Virus genome (UHGV): UHGV-0211740
Direction: 5' to 3' (one strand)
DNA from: a virus
DNA: 64,000 nucleotides
The notes beneath the pieces were generated by a model, which was given only the letters and a program-made list of their open reading frames with translations, did no database searches and had not been told where the DNA came from. Position 1 is the first letter of the stretch, and the number at the start of each line of letters is the position of its first letter. Position numbers and translations under genes: made by a program. Positions 45,728 to 55,180 of this stretch are shown piece after piece.

Positions 45728-47218
45728 GTGGCTAAGTATGGATTGACAGAGGCTGGTTTCGTTATACCAACCCTAAATGACCTGATCGTTGAAACTAAGC
45801 AAAGCCTGATCCGTGCTTTTGGCGAAAACTTCAACGTACAGAGTAACTCAGTTGCAGATAAGCTGACCACTATCTTCAACGAGCGAGAGTATCAACTTAT
45901 TCTTATGGCAGCGTCTGTGTATGCATCGCAGACACTGTATGGGGCAGAGGGTATTTACCTTGATGAACTTCTTGGAAGACAAGGTATTTACCGAAGAGGT
46001 CGTTCTAAATCATCAGGTACCTGCCAGTTGACAATTAACACAACTGTGCCGTACAATATGATTTATGATTCCAAAACTTACACGCTGGACAGTGGCAACT
46101 TTGTCCTCAGTAATGACGTGCAGGTAGCTGGGAATCTGATTGCTCACAGAATAAACGCTCCAGACCTAAGAATTGGGAAATACAATTTTCAAATTACCAA
46201 CCAGACAGATGGAAGTATCAAAACAAAAAGTCTGGTTTTAACAGATAAGGCCCTGGACTCTTCTGATCTTCCCAGCTTTTACGGGGAGATTAAGCAATTT
46301 ATTGTCGATAATACAACCCTGTTGAACGACGATTTGATCCAGATCGATATGTTGACAGGTACGTTGTGGATAGGTTACAATTCTAACCTTGATCAAGTTG
46401 GGCTTAATAGTAGGGTGGATTTCAGAGTATCTCCGATTGTAGGGGAAAGAACTATCACCCTGGATGTTATCGCTAACGAGGCTGGTGAGCTGTCAAGAGA
46501 GGCAGAAACTGTAACAACAATGTCACCTACCCCTAGTGGGTTTATTAAACTCACCAACCGAGAAAGATTCAATGAGGGCAGGGATGTTGAGAAAGACTCT
46601 GAGTATCGCTTAAGAGCTACCAGCACTAAACAGCTGACATCTAAAGCTACTCGCCCTGCAATCCTTAGCGCCGTAAGCGAGGTGAAAGGTGTTGAGAAAG
46701 TGAGAGTGTTCTCTAACAACACCGATAAAACGGATGCGAAAGGTATACCACCTTACAAATTTCAAGTGGTGGTGTTTGGTGGTACAACAGAGGATATCTG
46801 TCAAGCATTGTATCAAACCATAGCTTGCACAAACAGAACTTATGGTAATATCTTCTACGATATTAATACATCAGACGGTCAAACTGAAAGGATTTATTAT
46901 TCTAAGGCAAACACTTACCGTCTGGATATGAGGATTACCTACTCAGGTGCTGCGCTTTCCACGACTGAAAAAGATGCTATTACAGAGGCCCTTCTGCAGG
47001 TTGTTAATGGACTAGATGTTGCCGATACGTTGTATAATATCCAATTGGTTGGTGCTGCATCTGCGGCTGTTTCTATAGGCAGATTTAACAGACTGGTAAT
47101 TCAAGTTAAACCTGTAGGGGCTTCTGATGAAGCTTACACCACAAACGACATTGTTGCAAACATGACCGAGGTGTTTGACCTCGACGAAAGTAATATAACT
47201 TTCCAACAAACTATTTAA
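45728..47218 (+). CDS. putative baseplate wedge protein (baseplate J-like family)
   Basis: 496 aa, GTG start with GGAGG RBS; N-terminal region pattern resembles P2 gpJ / T4 gp6-type proteins as I recall them; followed by a gpI-like gene. Confidence 0.45.
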   Translation: MAKYGLTEAGFVIPTLNDLIVETKQSLIRAFGENFNVQSNSVADKLTTIFNEREYQLILMAASVYASQTLYGAEGIYLDELLGRQGIYRRGRSKSSGTCQLTINTTVPYNMIYDSKTYTLDSGNFVLSNDVQVAGNLIAHRINAPDLRIGKYNFQITNQTDGSIKTKSLVLTDKALDSSDLPSFYGEIKQFIVDNTTLLNDDLIQIDMLTGTLWIGYNSNLDQVGLNSRVDFRVSPIVGERTITLDVIANEAGELSREAETVTTMSPTPSGFIKLTNRERFNEGRDVEKDSEYRLRATSTKQLTSKATRPAILSAVSEVKGVEKVRVFSNNTDKTDAKGIPPYKFQVVVFGGTTEDICQALYQTIACTNRTYGNIFYDINTSDGQTERIYYSKANTYRLDMRITYSGAALSTTEKDAITEALLQVVNGLDVADTLYNIQLVGAASAAVSIGRFNRLVIQVKPVGASDEAYTTNDIVANMTEVFDLDESNITFQQTI

Positions 47219-47229
47219 GGCGGCGAGAT

Positions 47230-47916
47230 ATGGCAGAGATTAAGTCGGATGTCAACCACATCCACACTCTGCCAGATTTTGTTCAGGGAGGTCTTGACTA
47301 CCTGCCTGGAGATTTTCTGGCTGAGAAGGTTAATTTGGTCACATTCTTAACCGTGTACCTTAAAAGGTTGGAGGATGTTGATAAGATGCTGGTAGGTTTG
47401 GCTGAAGGAAGATTGCTTAACAATGCCAGCGGAAGATACCTTGACGAGGTAGGAAATCAGCTTGGCATTCTTAGGAACGGGCTTTCAGATGCCGATTTTC
47501 GTGCCACACTAATTATTCAGCAGGCAGCATCCTCAAGGGGTGGGACTAGAGAAGATGTCATCTCCACTTTGCGACAATTGTTCGGAAGAAATAATTTCGA
47601 TACGTGGAAAGGTGACAACTTCAGGTTTGACATAAATATTAGAAAAACTTGCTTTGATATACTGCAGTCTATCGATCAGATCTTAGATATGCTACCGCTG
47701 CCTTGCCATTTGCGGCTTACAGAGTCGCAGGGGCAAGCTTTTGGCTTTGAAGGGGACTCAACAGCTCTCGGTTTCGGATCAGTGTGGGAAGAAAACCAGT
47801 TCGGAGTTGGTGGATTGGCTACTTTATTGTACGTTCCTGACGTAAGACCTGATTGGGACACCACAACCATTTATTGTGAAAGTATTACAGTGAACGCAAC
47901 TAGACAGGAGGGTTAA
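47230..47916 (+). CDS. putative baseplate protein (P2 gpI-like)
   Basis: 228 aa; segment SRGGTREDVISTLRQLFG...W..DNFRFDINI resembles the gpI family block (KGT...V.EW...FRLDI) from memory. Confidence 0.45.
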   Translation: MAEIKSDVNHIHTLPDFVQGGLDYLPGDFLAEKVNLVTFLTVYLKRLEDVDKMLVGLAEGRLLNNASGRYLDEVGNQLGILRNGLSDADFRATLIIQQAASSRGGTREDVISTLRQLFGRNNFDTWKGDNFRFDINIRKTCFDILQSIDQILDMLPLPCHLRLTESQGQAFGFEGDSTALGFGSVWEENQFGVGGLATLLYVPDVRPDWDTTTIYCESITVNATRQEG

Positions 47917-49988
47917 TGGCAACAGCTATTTTTAAACCTTACCGTGATTACTCTACAATGGCTGCACGGTTTCATTACCGCACAGTTCAGGATACTGCCG
48001 TTCCAGGTAGGGATTATGATCATGTTGAGGGAGATGTAACTATTCCGGTTGGAGCAACCAGCATTGAGATCCCAGTAGAAATTGTTGACAAATTGCCCAA
48101 CAGGTTGCCAAGAAGCTTCTTCATGGAGTTTTCATCAGAGTCTCAAGGGGTGATGATCGGGACGCAAAAAGCAAAATGCACAATAGTCTCGGATGAGAAT
48201 CTTGACAGATTATCCTGGGATACTGTTGAGGAGAGAATGTTCCACCCAAGGTATTGGGTTACAACCACTCAACAAACTGAAAGTACCTGTATTGTTGCAG
48301 ATAACAACTGTTGTATTAACCGTTTGGTGTCAAGAACGTATGGGGGTATGGCAGGTTGCATTTGGGAAACAGTTGACAAGTATGACCATTTCGGTATTGG
48401 ATTTGATGATCATTATGAAATGAGAAACACCAAGCTTTGGTTCAGAATGTCAATAAACAACGCCACCAACTTCTCCACCCCTGAAAAGATGATTATGACT
48501 GTGGACCTTGTTGATGGCACAATCATCTATGTTCCTTTAGCTCAATATGCCGCCAGCATTTCAGAAGATAAAAATGTTGCAGAGATTCATATTGACTTTG
48601 AGGATTGCATTGGGATGGACCAGCACAACAACATGATGGGTGTTGATCCTCGGCAGGTGAGAAGGATTCTAATTCCGCTTATGCCTAAAGATTGGGTAAG
48701 CAACAGCACAGACCCAAGGACGGAAAATGTAGAGTGCGAGTTGCGCCTAGACCTGCTTCAGCCAGACACAGGCTGGAAAATGATGCAACTTAACAATATT
48801 CAGGTGAAAGAGCACGACGTCGGGATCTGCACTGCATATGATGATATGTGGAACGTATCACCTTTGAGAGTGTTGAACAATATTAAGCGTTTGGGCTACA
48901 CGGGGATCATAAATCACTATGTTGGGATGAGTCATTACTATGACTACACGTGGACTGGTACTCAATGGTCTATAAACAAAACAGGGGCCTTGAACGCAGC
49001 AGCTTATAAATGGCATGATGACTTTATGTATAATGCCAAACAGCATGGCTTCGAGGTTATGCAATCTGTAAGTTTTGAGCTTTACAGTGATGCCTGCCCG
49101 TTAGAATGGACCCAAAGAGATTGGAATGATAACTATGCTAAAACAGGGTACACCCCTTGCAGCTACCTTCTATCTCCGACCATTGAAGAGGGTATGAATT
49201 TCCTTACGGCAGTGTTTAAGAATTTTGCATCGGCAGCTATGCGAAACAATCTGCCAGTGATTATGCAGATCGGGGAGCCGTGGTGGTGGTTCAACACCGA
49301 CACTCGTAAACCTTGTATTTATGATTATCCTACAAAACAAGCGTTTTATGACGAGACTGGAGAATATGCGCTAGATATTGGAACTATTGACGATCCTAAA
49401 ACTGGCGGGGTTTACGACAAGTATGTAGCATTTTGTCGTGGCAAGCTCGGAGCTCGTATTGCAGCCATTTCAAAAGCAATCAAGGCACACGCTGCATCGG
49501 CTCAGATGACAGCTTTGCTGTTTTTCCCAACCATTATGGAAACCGAGCTTACGCAGAAACTGAACCTTGCTGACCAATATAAAAAGGAAGCAGGAGCTCT
49601 TGATTTCTTCTGCACTGAGTGCTACGATTGGGTGATGCAGGGCGGTATTGAAAAGGCAAAAGAGTCTGTAAACATACCTATCGTTAAGTTAGGTTGGCAA
49701 CCGTCTGAAATACAATACCTTGCAGGGTTCGTTCCTAGTAAAGAGCTTGCTCCGGTATATGGCTACGACCCAACCAGGAATTACCAAGAATTTTTATGGA
49801 GATGTATTTGCGGAAACATGGCAACCATAGAGTATAGATACCCTGAGGTAAAACAGTATGTGTGGGCATACCCACAAGTGATGTCTGATAGTATTACTGT
49901 TACTGCCAGGGAGTCTACTGTGCTTCATATGGGGCAGGTTGCTCTGAAAGGGTATGTAGAAGATGTTGTTCCGCCAGACTTCTCATAA
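47916..49988 (+). CDS. putative tail fibre / baseplate-attached enzyme-like protein
   Basis: 690 aa in the position P2 gpH occupies after J and I; Cys/Trp/Tyr-rich body suggests a globular, possibly enzymatic, domain; assignment is positional. Confidence 0.35.
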   Translation: MATAIFKPYRDYSTMAARFHYRTVQDTAVPGRDYDHVEGDVTIPVGATSIEIPVEIVDKLPNRLPRSFFMEFSSESQGVMIGTQKAKCTIVSDENLDRLSWDTVEERMFHPRYWVTTTQQTESTCIVADNNCCINRLVSRTYGGMAGCIWETVDKYDHFGIGFDDHYEMRNTKLWFRMSINNATNFSTPEKMIMTVDLVDGTIIYVPLAQYAASISEDKNVAEIHIDFEDCIGMDQHNNMMGVDPRQVRRILIPLMPKDWVSNSTDPRTENVECELRLDLLQPDTGWKMMQLNNIQVKEHDVGICTAYDDMWNVSPLRVLNNIKRLGYTGIINHYVGMSHYYDYTWTGTQWSINKTGALNAAAYKWHDDFMYNAKQHGFEVMQSVSFELYSDACPLEWTQRDWNDNYAKTGYTPCSYLLSPTIEEGMNFLTAVFKNFASAAMRNNLPVIMQIGEPWWWFNTDTRKPCIYDYPTKQAFYDETGEYALDIGTIDDPKTGGVYDKYVAFCRGKLGARIAAISKAIKAHAASAQMTALLFFPTIMETELTQKLNLADQYKKEAGALDFFCTECYDWVMQGGIEKAKESVNIPIVKLGWQPSEIQYLAGFVPSKELAPVYGYDPTRNYQEFLWRCICGNMATIEYRYPEVKQYVWAYPQVMSDSITVTARESTVLHMGQVALKGYVEDVVPPDFS

Positions 49989-50000
49989 TCAGGAGATAAA

Positions 50001-51041
50001 ATGTCAAAACCTAGTTTTCCATTAGAGATTTGGGCAGAGGAGGATCAGGTTCTGCCTAACACCCACAGACAGAACAGGCTGCGCCCGATTGATGATTTGT
50101 GGAGAAAAGGTTGGGATCTTGGTCAAAAGCCCTCATGTGAAGAGCTTAACTATATTTTTAATATGCTTGGAACTTGGGCAAAATATATTGCTGACGAGCA
50201 GATCCCCGCTCAAGAAGGTCGCTATCTGGTACGGGATAATAACTTGAGCGATCTTTTGAACATCCCTGTTGCCCGTAAAAACCTTGGGATTATTACTAAG
50301 GAAGAGGCAGATGCCCGGTATGTAAAAGTTACAGGGGATACAATGACAGGCCCTTTAGGTCTGCAACGTATCAACTTTAAAGCTGCCGAGACGGACAAGG
50401 CTTGGATAGAGACAACCATTGGTCCAGACAAGACAACTCTTGATTTTGGTTTGAGTGACAATACAGGGTCGTTCGATGATGGTGGAACATCTACAGTAGA
50501 CGCATTCCGCTGGAGATTTCAACCAACTCAGCCGGACATTAACCCTGAGTTTACCTTGATGTACCTGAATGCCATCACAGCTAACCGTGCACTGCTGAAA
50601 GTGATAGGTAATGTTGAAATTGTAGACAACATGAGGTGCAATAACCTTACCATTACCAGCACAGCAACATTCACCAACTGCAATGTGGGAAGCCAGTTAA
50701 CTACAGGGTCACTGTATGTCAATGGAGGCACCAGCTGCGATAGTTTGGTTGTGAGAAGTCAGCACTGTGTTGTTGGTAACCGAAATGTGGTCCGCTCTGT
50801 GAACGGTGTAACCGCCAACGGCAACGGCGATGTGACGATCACTATTCCGCAAACAGGTGTGCAAGACATCAGAATTGGTGCAAGACTTGTTGACGGTGTT
50901 TCTGAATCTCCAGTCCGCAATGGCTACGTTGTCACAGGATGGCATTTTGGTGATAAAAAAGAAATGCGTGGTTCAACTTACTGGGCAGGACCTTTACAAA
51001 AACTTGTAAACGGTCAATGGATCACTGTTAATTATGCGTAG
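50001..51041 (+). CDS. short tail fibre protein (paralog A)
   Basis: 346 aa; classic fibre motif VTGDTMTGPLGLQR; N-terminal 60 aa and C-terminal 20 aa (YWAGPLQKLVNGQWITVNYA) conserved with the 52056 paralog. Confidence 0.55.
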   Translation: MSKPSFPLEIWAEEDQVLPNTHRQNRLRPIDDLWRKGWDLGQKPSCEELNYIFNMLGTWAKYIADEQIPAQEGRYLVRDNNLSDLLNIPVARKNLGIITKEEADARYVKVTGDTMTGPLGLQRINFKAAETDKAWIETTIGPDKTTLDFGLSDNTGSFDDGGTSTVDAFRWRFQPTQPDINPEFTLMYLNAITANRALLKVIGNVEIVDNMRCNNLTITSTATFTNCNVGSQLTTGSLYVNGGTSCDSLVVRSQHCVVGNRNVVRSVNGVTANGNGDVTITIPQTGVQDIRIGARLVDGVSESPVRNGYVVTGWHFGDKKEMRGSTYWAGPLQKLVNGQWITVNYA

Positions 51042-51055
51042 ATCGGAGGACTAGC

Positions 51056-51640
51056 ATGAAAATACTTCAAGAGTTTAAGCTTTACCAGCCAGGATCTGGC
51101 GAATACTCCGCCAATGAGGAAACCAAAGAGTTGACCCCTCAAGAGGTTGAGGATTACACTGCATACACAGGGTATTTTTTACGTAATGATGATGGAGATT
51201 GGTATGTGCAGTCCAGAACATTACGACAAGAAAACCCAGGGTGTATCTTCCTACTTGTTGACGAGAAGGGTATTCTTAAGACATCTACAGAAGAGCCTGA
51301 TGCCTTATGGCCTGCTCCAGGTCTTCGTGTGGTTATCGCCAAAAAAGAAGAGGTACCAGAAAACATTATGCTCCACCACGACGCTTTGCGTTTAGTTGGT
51401 GATGAATTTGTCACAGATAATGAATTCTTTGTTCAACAGGCAGAGGGTGTCATAGAGACAGAACTTGCTTGGGCTACTGCTAGAATTGGTGCCTATCAAG
51501 ACATGATTGACCTTGAATATGATCTTACTGATGACCAAAAACGCAACATCAGAGATTTGAAAATGTACAGGGTAAAACTTCTTGAAATAGATACATCTAA
51601 AGCCCCTGACATTTTCTTCCCGGAACGACCTACCCTCTAA
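51056..51640 (+). CDS. tail fibre assembly protein (Tfa-like chaperone)
   Basis: 194 aa; C-terminus LKMYRVKLLEIDTSKAPDIFFPERP fits the tail-fibre-assembly family ending (W..YR..L...D...AP.I.WP..P) recalled from lambda Tfa / Mu U. Confidence 0.55.
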   Translation: MKILQEFKLYQPGSGEYSANEETKELTPQEVEDYTAYTGYFLRNDDGDWYVQSRTLRQENPGCIFLLVDEKGILKTSTEEPDALWPAPGLRVVIAKKEEVPENIMLHHDALRLVGDEFVTDNEFFVQQAEGVIETELAWATARIGAYQDMIDLEYDLTDDQKRNIRDLKMYRVKLLEIDTSKAPDIFFPERPTL

Positions 51641-51651
51641 GAGGAGGTGTT

Positions 51652-51966
51652 GTGGAGTTGGATTTGGCGGCGTTGTACGGTATCTGCATGGGTACCGTTG
51701 TCCCGATCTGTGTATGGGCTTTCAACCAGTGGCACACCAAATGGAAAGGTATTTCCAAGAGGTTGGATGAGCTGGAGAAAGACCTCATCCTAGTGAAAAA
51801 TAGCATGGTTACAAAAGATAGACTTGATTCCATTATCGAGACCCGGTTAAGTAAGCTAGAGGCCGATATTAACGACCTTAAGCAAGATGTCAGAACAGAT
51901 GTCTCCGGTATCCGAGCTGACGTGCAAAAGATTTTGCACATGCTTGTAGAGCATAGTAAAAGGTAA
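51652..51966 (+). CDS. small membrane protein (holin or superinfection-exclusion candidate)
   Basis: 104 aa, GTG start with GAGGAGG RBS; one N-terminal transmembrane segment (LAALYGICMGTVVPICVWAF) followed by a coiled-coil-like region. Confidence 0.35.
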   Translation: MELDLAALYGICMGTVVPICVWAFNQWHTKWKGISKRLDELEKDLILVKNSMVTKDRLDSIIETRLSKLEADINDLKQDVRTDVSGIRADVQKILHMLVEHSKR

Positions 51967-51996
51967 ACAAAGGTCAGGACGGAAAGGACTCCGTTC

Positions 51997-52025
51997 TTGC
52001 ATTTTGTTCTCTAAAGTGTTAAAAT
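51997..52025 (+). promoter_or_regulatory. sigma70-like promoter with extended -10
   Basis: TTGCAT (51997-52002), 17-nt spacer, TGtTAAAAT (52017-52025). Confidence 0.4.
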
Positions 52026-52055
52026 AGTCCTAAGGAATTTTCTCAGGAGAACGTG

Positions 52056-53099
52056 ATGGCTAAACCAGTTATCCCTCTTGATATTTGGGCCAATCAGGAT
52101 GTTGTGCTTGAAAATACAGGAGAGTTGAATAAGTCTCAACCAAAAAAAGAAGAGAGACTGAAAGGTTGGGATATGACACAAAGGGTGGCATGTGAAGTTG
52201 TTAACTTTGAACTTCACATGCTCTCTGCGTGGTTAAGACATTTAACAGAAGATGTTATTCCAGGGTGGGATAATAGATTTTTAAGGGTTACCAATAATCT
52301 AGCAGACGTTCCAGACAAAGCTGCTGCACGCCAAGTCCTCAATGTATACTCCCCTGAAGAAATGGACGACCTATATGTTGACAAATCTGGGGACACAATG
52401 ACCCAAACTCAAACTTTAGGTCTTCAAAGAATACAGTTCGCATCTGCGTCCACAGATAGTGCGGCAATATATACCACTATAACTCCAGACAAGACGCTGA
52501 TGGATTTCTGGATTATGGACAATATTGGTGGTGCAGACGGTGCAGATCTTGATGATTCTTCTAATCAAATAGATGGGTTTCGTTGGAGATTCCAGCCTTC
52601 TGGTGGACAGCCTGTATTTTCTGCCATGAAGCTTAATGCTATAACTGCCAATCGTGCAAGACTGGCTATTCAGGGGAATCTTGAATGCAACGACGCAAAA
52701 AGTTCCTCTGCAAATGCTAATGCGGTCACGATACCAAGAGCTACCGTCAATGGACAACAATCTTGCGGTAATGCCCAAGTTGGTGGAAGATTGGATTGTA
52801 ATGATGGAACTGTACGAGGTCAGTATTCGATAGTCGGCGGTAGAAACGTGGTTCGTAGGGTGAACGGTAATAGTGCAGACAGCAGCGGTAACCTTACTAT
52901 TCCTATGCCAAGTAGGGGAGTTGACGATGTAAGGATAGCAAACCGCTTCAGAACCACCTACAGAGAATCAAGAGTCTACGTAGGACATGTAATGTGTTCT
53001 GGTAATTACGCTTACAAACACCCATATCAAGGCGACTATTGGACAGGTGCTATCCAAAAACTTGTAAACGGTCAATGGATCACTATATCTTATGCTTAA
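52056..53099 (+). CDS. short tail fibre protein (paralog B)
   Basis: 347 aa from ATG 52056 (AGGAGA RBS); motif KSGDTMTQTQTLGLQR; termini conserved with paralog A, centre divergent. Confidence 0.55.
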   Translation: MAKPVIPLDIWANQDVVLENTGELNKSQPKKEERLKGWDMTQRVACEVVNFELHMLSAWLRHLTEDVIPGWDNRFLRVTNNLADVPDKAAARQVLNVYSPEEMDDLYVDKSGDTMTQTQTLGLQRIQFASASTDSAAIYTTITPDKTLMDFWIMDNIGGADGADLDDSSNQIDGFRWRFQPSGGQPVFSAMKLNAITANRARLAIQGNLECNDAKSSSANANAVTIPRATVNGQQSCGNAQVGGRLDCNDGTVRGQYSIVGGRNVVRRVNGNSADSSGNLTIPMPSRGVDDVRIANRFRTTYRESRVYVGHVMCSGNYAYKHPYQGDYWTGAIQKLVNGQWITISYA

Positions 53100-53110
53100 A
53101 AAGAGGGTAA

Positions 53111-53377
53111 ATGAAACTAACTCAGTTTTTATGGGGACTGGTTGCGGCATCTGATGACCCTACAAAAGTGTCCCAATCTAAGCTATGGTCGAACATCGGC
53201 ATGGCAGTGATGACTGGGGTGTTTATTCACATGGGGTACAATGATACACTTCCTGAATGGTATGCGTGGATATACGCACCATCGGTAGCCTGTCCCCAGC
53301 TTATTAGCAAATTCATCTCGCTCCGGTGGGGTTGCCAGCACCCTGACCACGTTAAAAGCGAAGAGCAAAAAGCTTAA
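53111..53377 (+). CDS. small membrane protein (holin or exclusion candidate)
   Basis: 88 aa with two hydrophobic segments (IGMAVMTGVFIHMGY and WYAWIYAPSVA); lies between fibre genes. Confidence 0.35.
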   Translation: MKLTQFLWGLVAASDDPTKVSQSKLWSNIGMAVMTGVFIHMGYNDTLPEWYAWIYAPSVACPQLISKFISLRWGCQHPDHVKSEEQKA

Positions 53378-53386
53378 GGAGAAATC

Positions 53387-55132
53387 ATGGCGCAAGACAT
53401 GACAAGCTTCGAGCAGGCGGTAGATCAAGTAATTGTGGATTCTGAACGTCTGCACTTGGTTGTCAACGGTAACGCTGTGGATGAAGTTGTCGTAGAGGAT
53501 GGTACCACCATCCCTACGGTACGGAAAGCCATGCTTGACAACCTTTATTTTAAAACGCCACCGATTCCTTGGGCGTACGGGGCATCCACAACAGTTTTTA
53601 ACCAACTTTATGAGTTTAAAGGTGACACAGGTCCTCAGTGGTGGTACGCGCCTGCGGCATCAAAAGCTAATCCGGTTAGAATGCCAGCAGACCCTTCACA
53701 ATCTGCAAACTGGAGATTGTATACCGACTCTGCAGTAATGGCAAAGTACTATGCAAAACTTAACAGCCCGAGGTTTGAAGGTGACCCGCGAGTACCTACA
53801 CCTCCAATGGATGATAAGTCAGAGTCTATAGCAAACACGGAGTTTGTTGTTGACTACGTGGATAGTATATTTGAAGCTATGGAGGGGATGAAAGTTACCG
53901 TAGGTTCTTTGGTGGTAAAAGGTCTTTCAGAGCTTGCCAATACCATAGTTGGAGGGACTCTTACCTTACAAGGGCCTGTCAACGGAGCAGACTCTACGGC
54001 ACGCTTCAGAAACCTAATCCTCACGGCAAATACTTCTACACTTACCTTCGCTTGGAGCGATCCTAAGCATACGGACTGGAAAAGCACAGAACTGCAGCCT
54101 CACGAGGTGTCAACGCACAGGGTTATAGCTGACACTATAACATCTGGAAAACCTGTGGCAAACAACAATGATGTGCATTTTAATGGTCTTGGAAACAACT
54201 TCTTTGACTATGTGTATATCCGTGGTAATGCCATGAAGGCGGCGACCGAACCAACACTGCAGGTTGATGGTATCACCAGGGTTAAAAACCTGGAAGTGAC
54301 AGGCACTGTTACAGGGATAACCTACTCTGTTGATGGCACCATGATTTACCCTAGCTACATCGAAAGCACAGGGGATGCACTGATCAATGGAGATTTAGAG
54401 GTTGGCGGGGCAATAGTTATTCGTGGTACAGCCTCTGTGCAGAACTTGTCCTTAAACACTCTGAGTGTGAACGAGCGTGCCACTTTTGAAGGAGAAGGAA
54501 TTACAGCCAATAAGGGTGCAATTACCTCCCTGACTGCCACCACTTTAACGGCAACAACTGCAAACGCTGAAAACTGCAACGTTAGCAGAAACTTGCAAGT
54601 TAATGGGGATGTGAGTTTGAACGCAGCAGGGACTGGAACTACCTACCTCCACAACCTTGAAATATCAGGTGCCGTCACCGGGTGGTTGCCAGACTTCTCT
54701 AATGTTAACTTTGTCTGTAATGGTATCAACTCTAGTGGTAAGATAACCACCTCTCAAGGAATTGAGGCTGGTAAAACTATCACTGCCCCTGCTTTCCACG
54801 CAGGAAAAGTAGACTTTGACTTAGAAGAGGTTGATGCATCCAGTGGGACATGGACACCTAACGGGCAGGCCAATATGTATGTTGTCCACGCAAAAGGTGA
54901 CTTTACAATAGGTCAGTGGCCTGGAACATCGGCTGAAGATAAACCTTACCCGTTCACTGCAATCATCTATGTCATTCAGGATGCTGTAGGTCACAACGTG
55001 ACTTTACACGATAAGTATGCCATCTTGTCGGCAACGCCTGTTATTAACAACAAGGCCAACAGCGTCACCTTACTACAATTGACATATTGTGGTGTTGGTG
55101 ATATTGTGGATGTGGTTATTGCACAACGTTAA
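53387..55132 (+). CDS. tail fibre protein
   Basis: 581 aa; fibre-type N-terminal motif (DPRVPTPPMDDKSESIANTEFV) and long Gly/Thr/Asn-rich beta-type repeats. Confidence 0.55.
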   Translation: MAQDMTSFEQAVDQVIVDSERLHLVVNGNAVDEVVVEDGTTIPTVRKAMLDNLYFKTPPIPWAYGASTTVFNQLYEFKGDTGPQWWYAPAASKANPVRMPADPSQSANWRLYTDSAVMAKYYAKLNSPRFEGDPRVPTPPMDDKSESIANTEFVVDYVDSIFEAMEGMKVTVGSLVVKGLSELANTIVGGTLTLQGPVNGADSTARFRNLILTANTSTLTFAWSDPKHTDWKSTELQPHEVSTHRVIADTITSGKPVANNNDVHFNGLGNNFFDYVYIRGNAMKAATEPTLQVDGITRVKNLEVTGTVTGITYSVDGTMIYPSYIESTGDALINGDLEVGGAIVIRGTASVQNLSLNTLSVNERATFEGEGITANKGAITSLTATTLTATTANAENCNVSRNLQVNGDVSLNAAGTGTTYLHNLEISGAVTGWLPDFSNVNFVCNGINSSGKITTSQGIEAGKTITAPAFHAGKVDFDLEEVDASSGTWTPNGQANMYVVHAKGDFTIGQWPGTSAEDKPYPFTAIIYVIQDAVGHNVTLHDKYAILSATPVINNKANSVTLLQLTYCGVGDIVDVVIAQR

Positions 55133-55141
55133 TATATCTGA

Positions 55142-55166
55142 CCGCTCCTGACGGGGCGGTTTTCTT
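55142..55166 (+). terminator. terminator-like hairpin
   Basis: CCGCTCC-TGAC-GGGGCGG hairpin then TTTTCTT. Confidence 0.45.
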
Positions 55167-55180
55167 ATCTGGAGAACACA

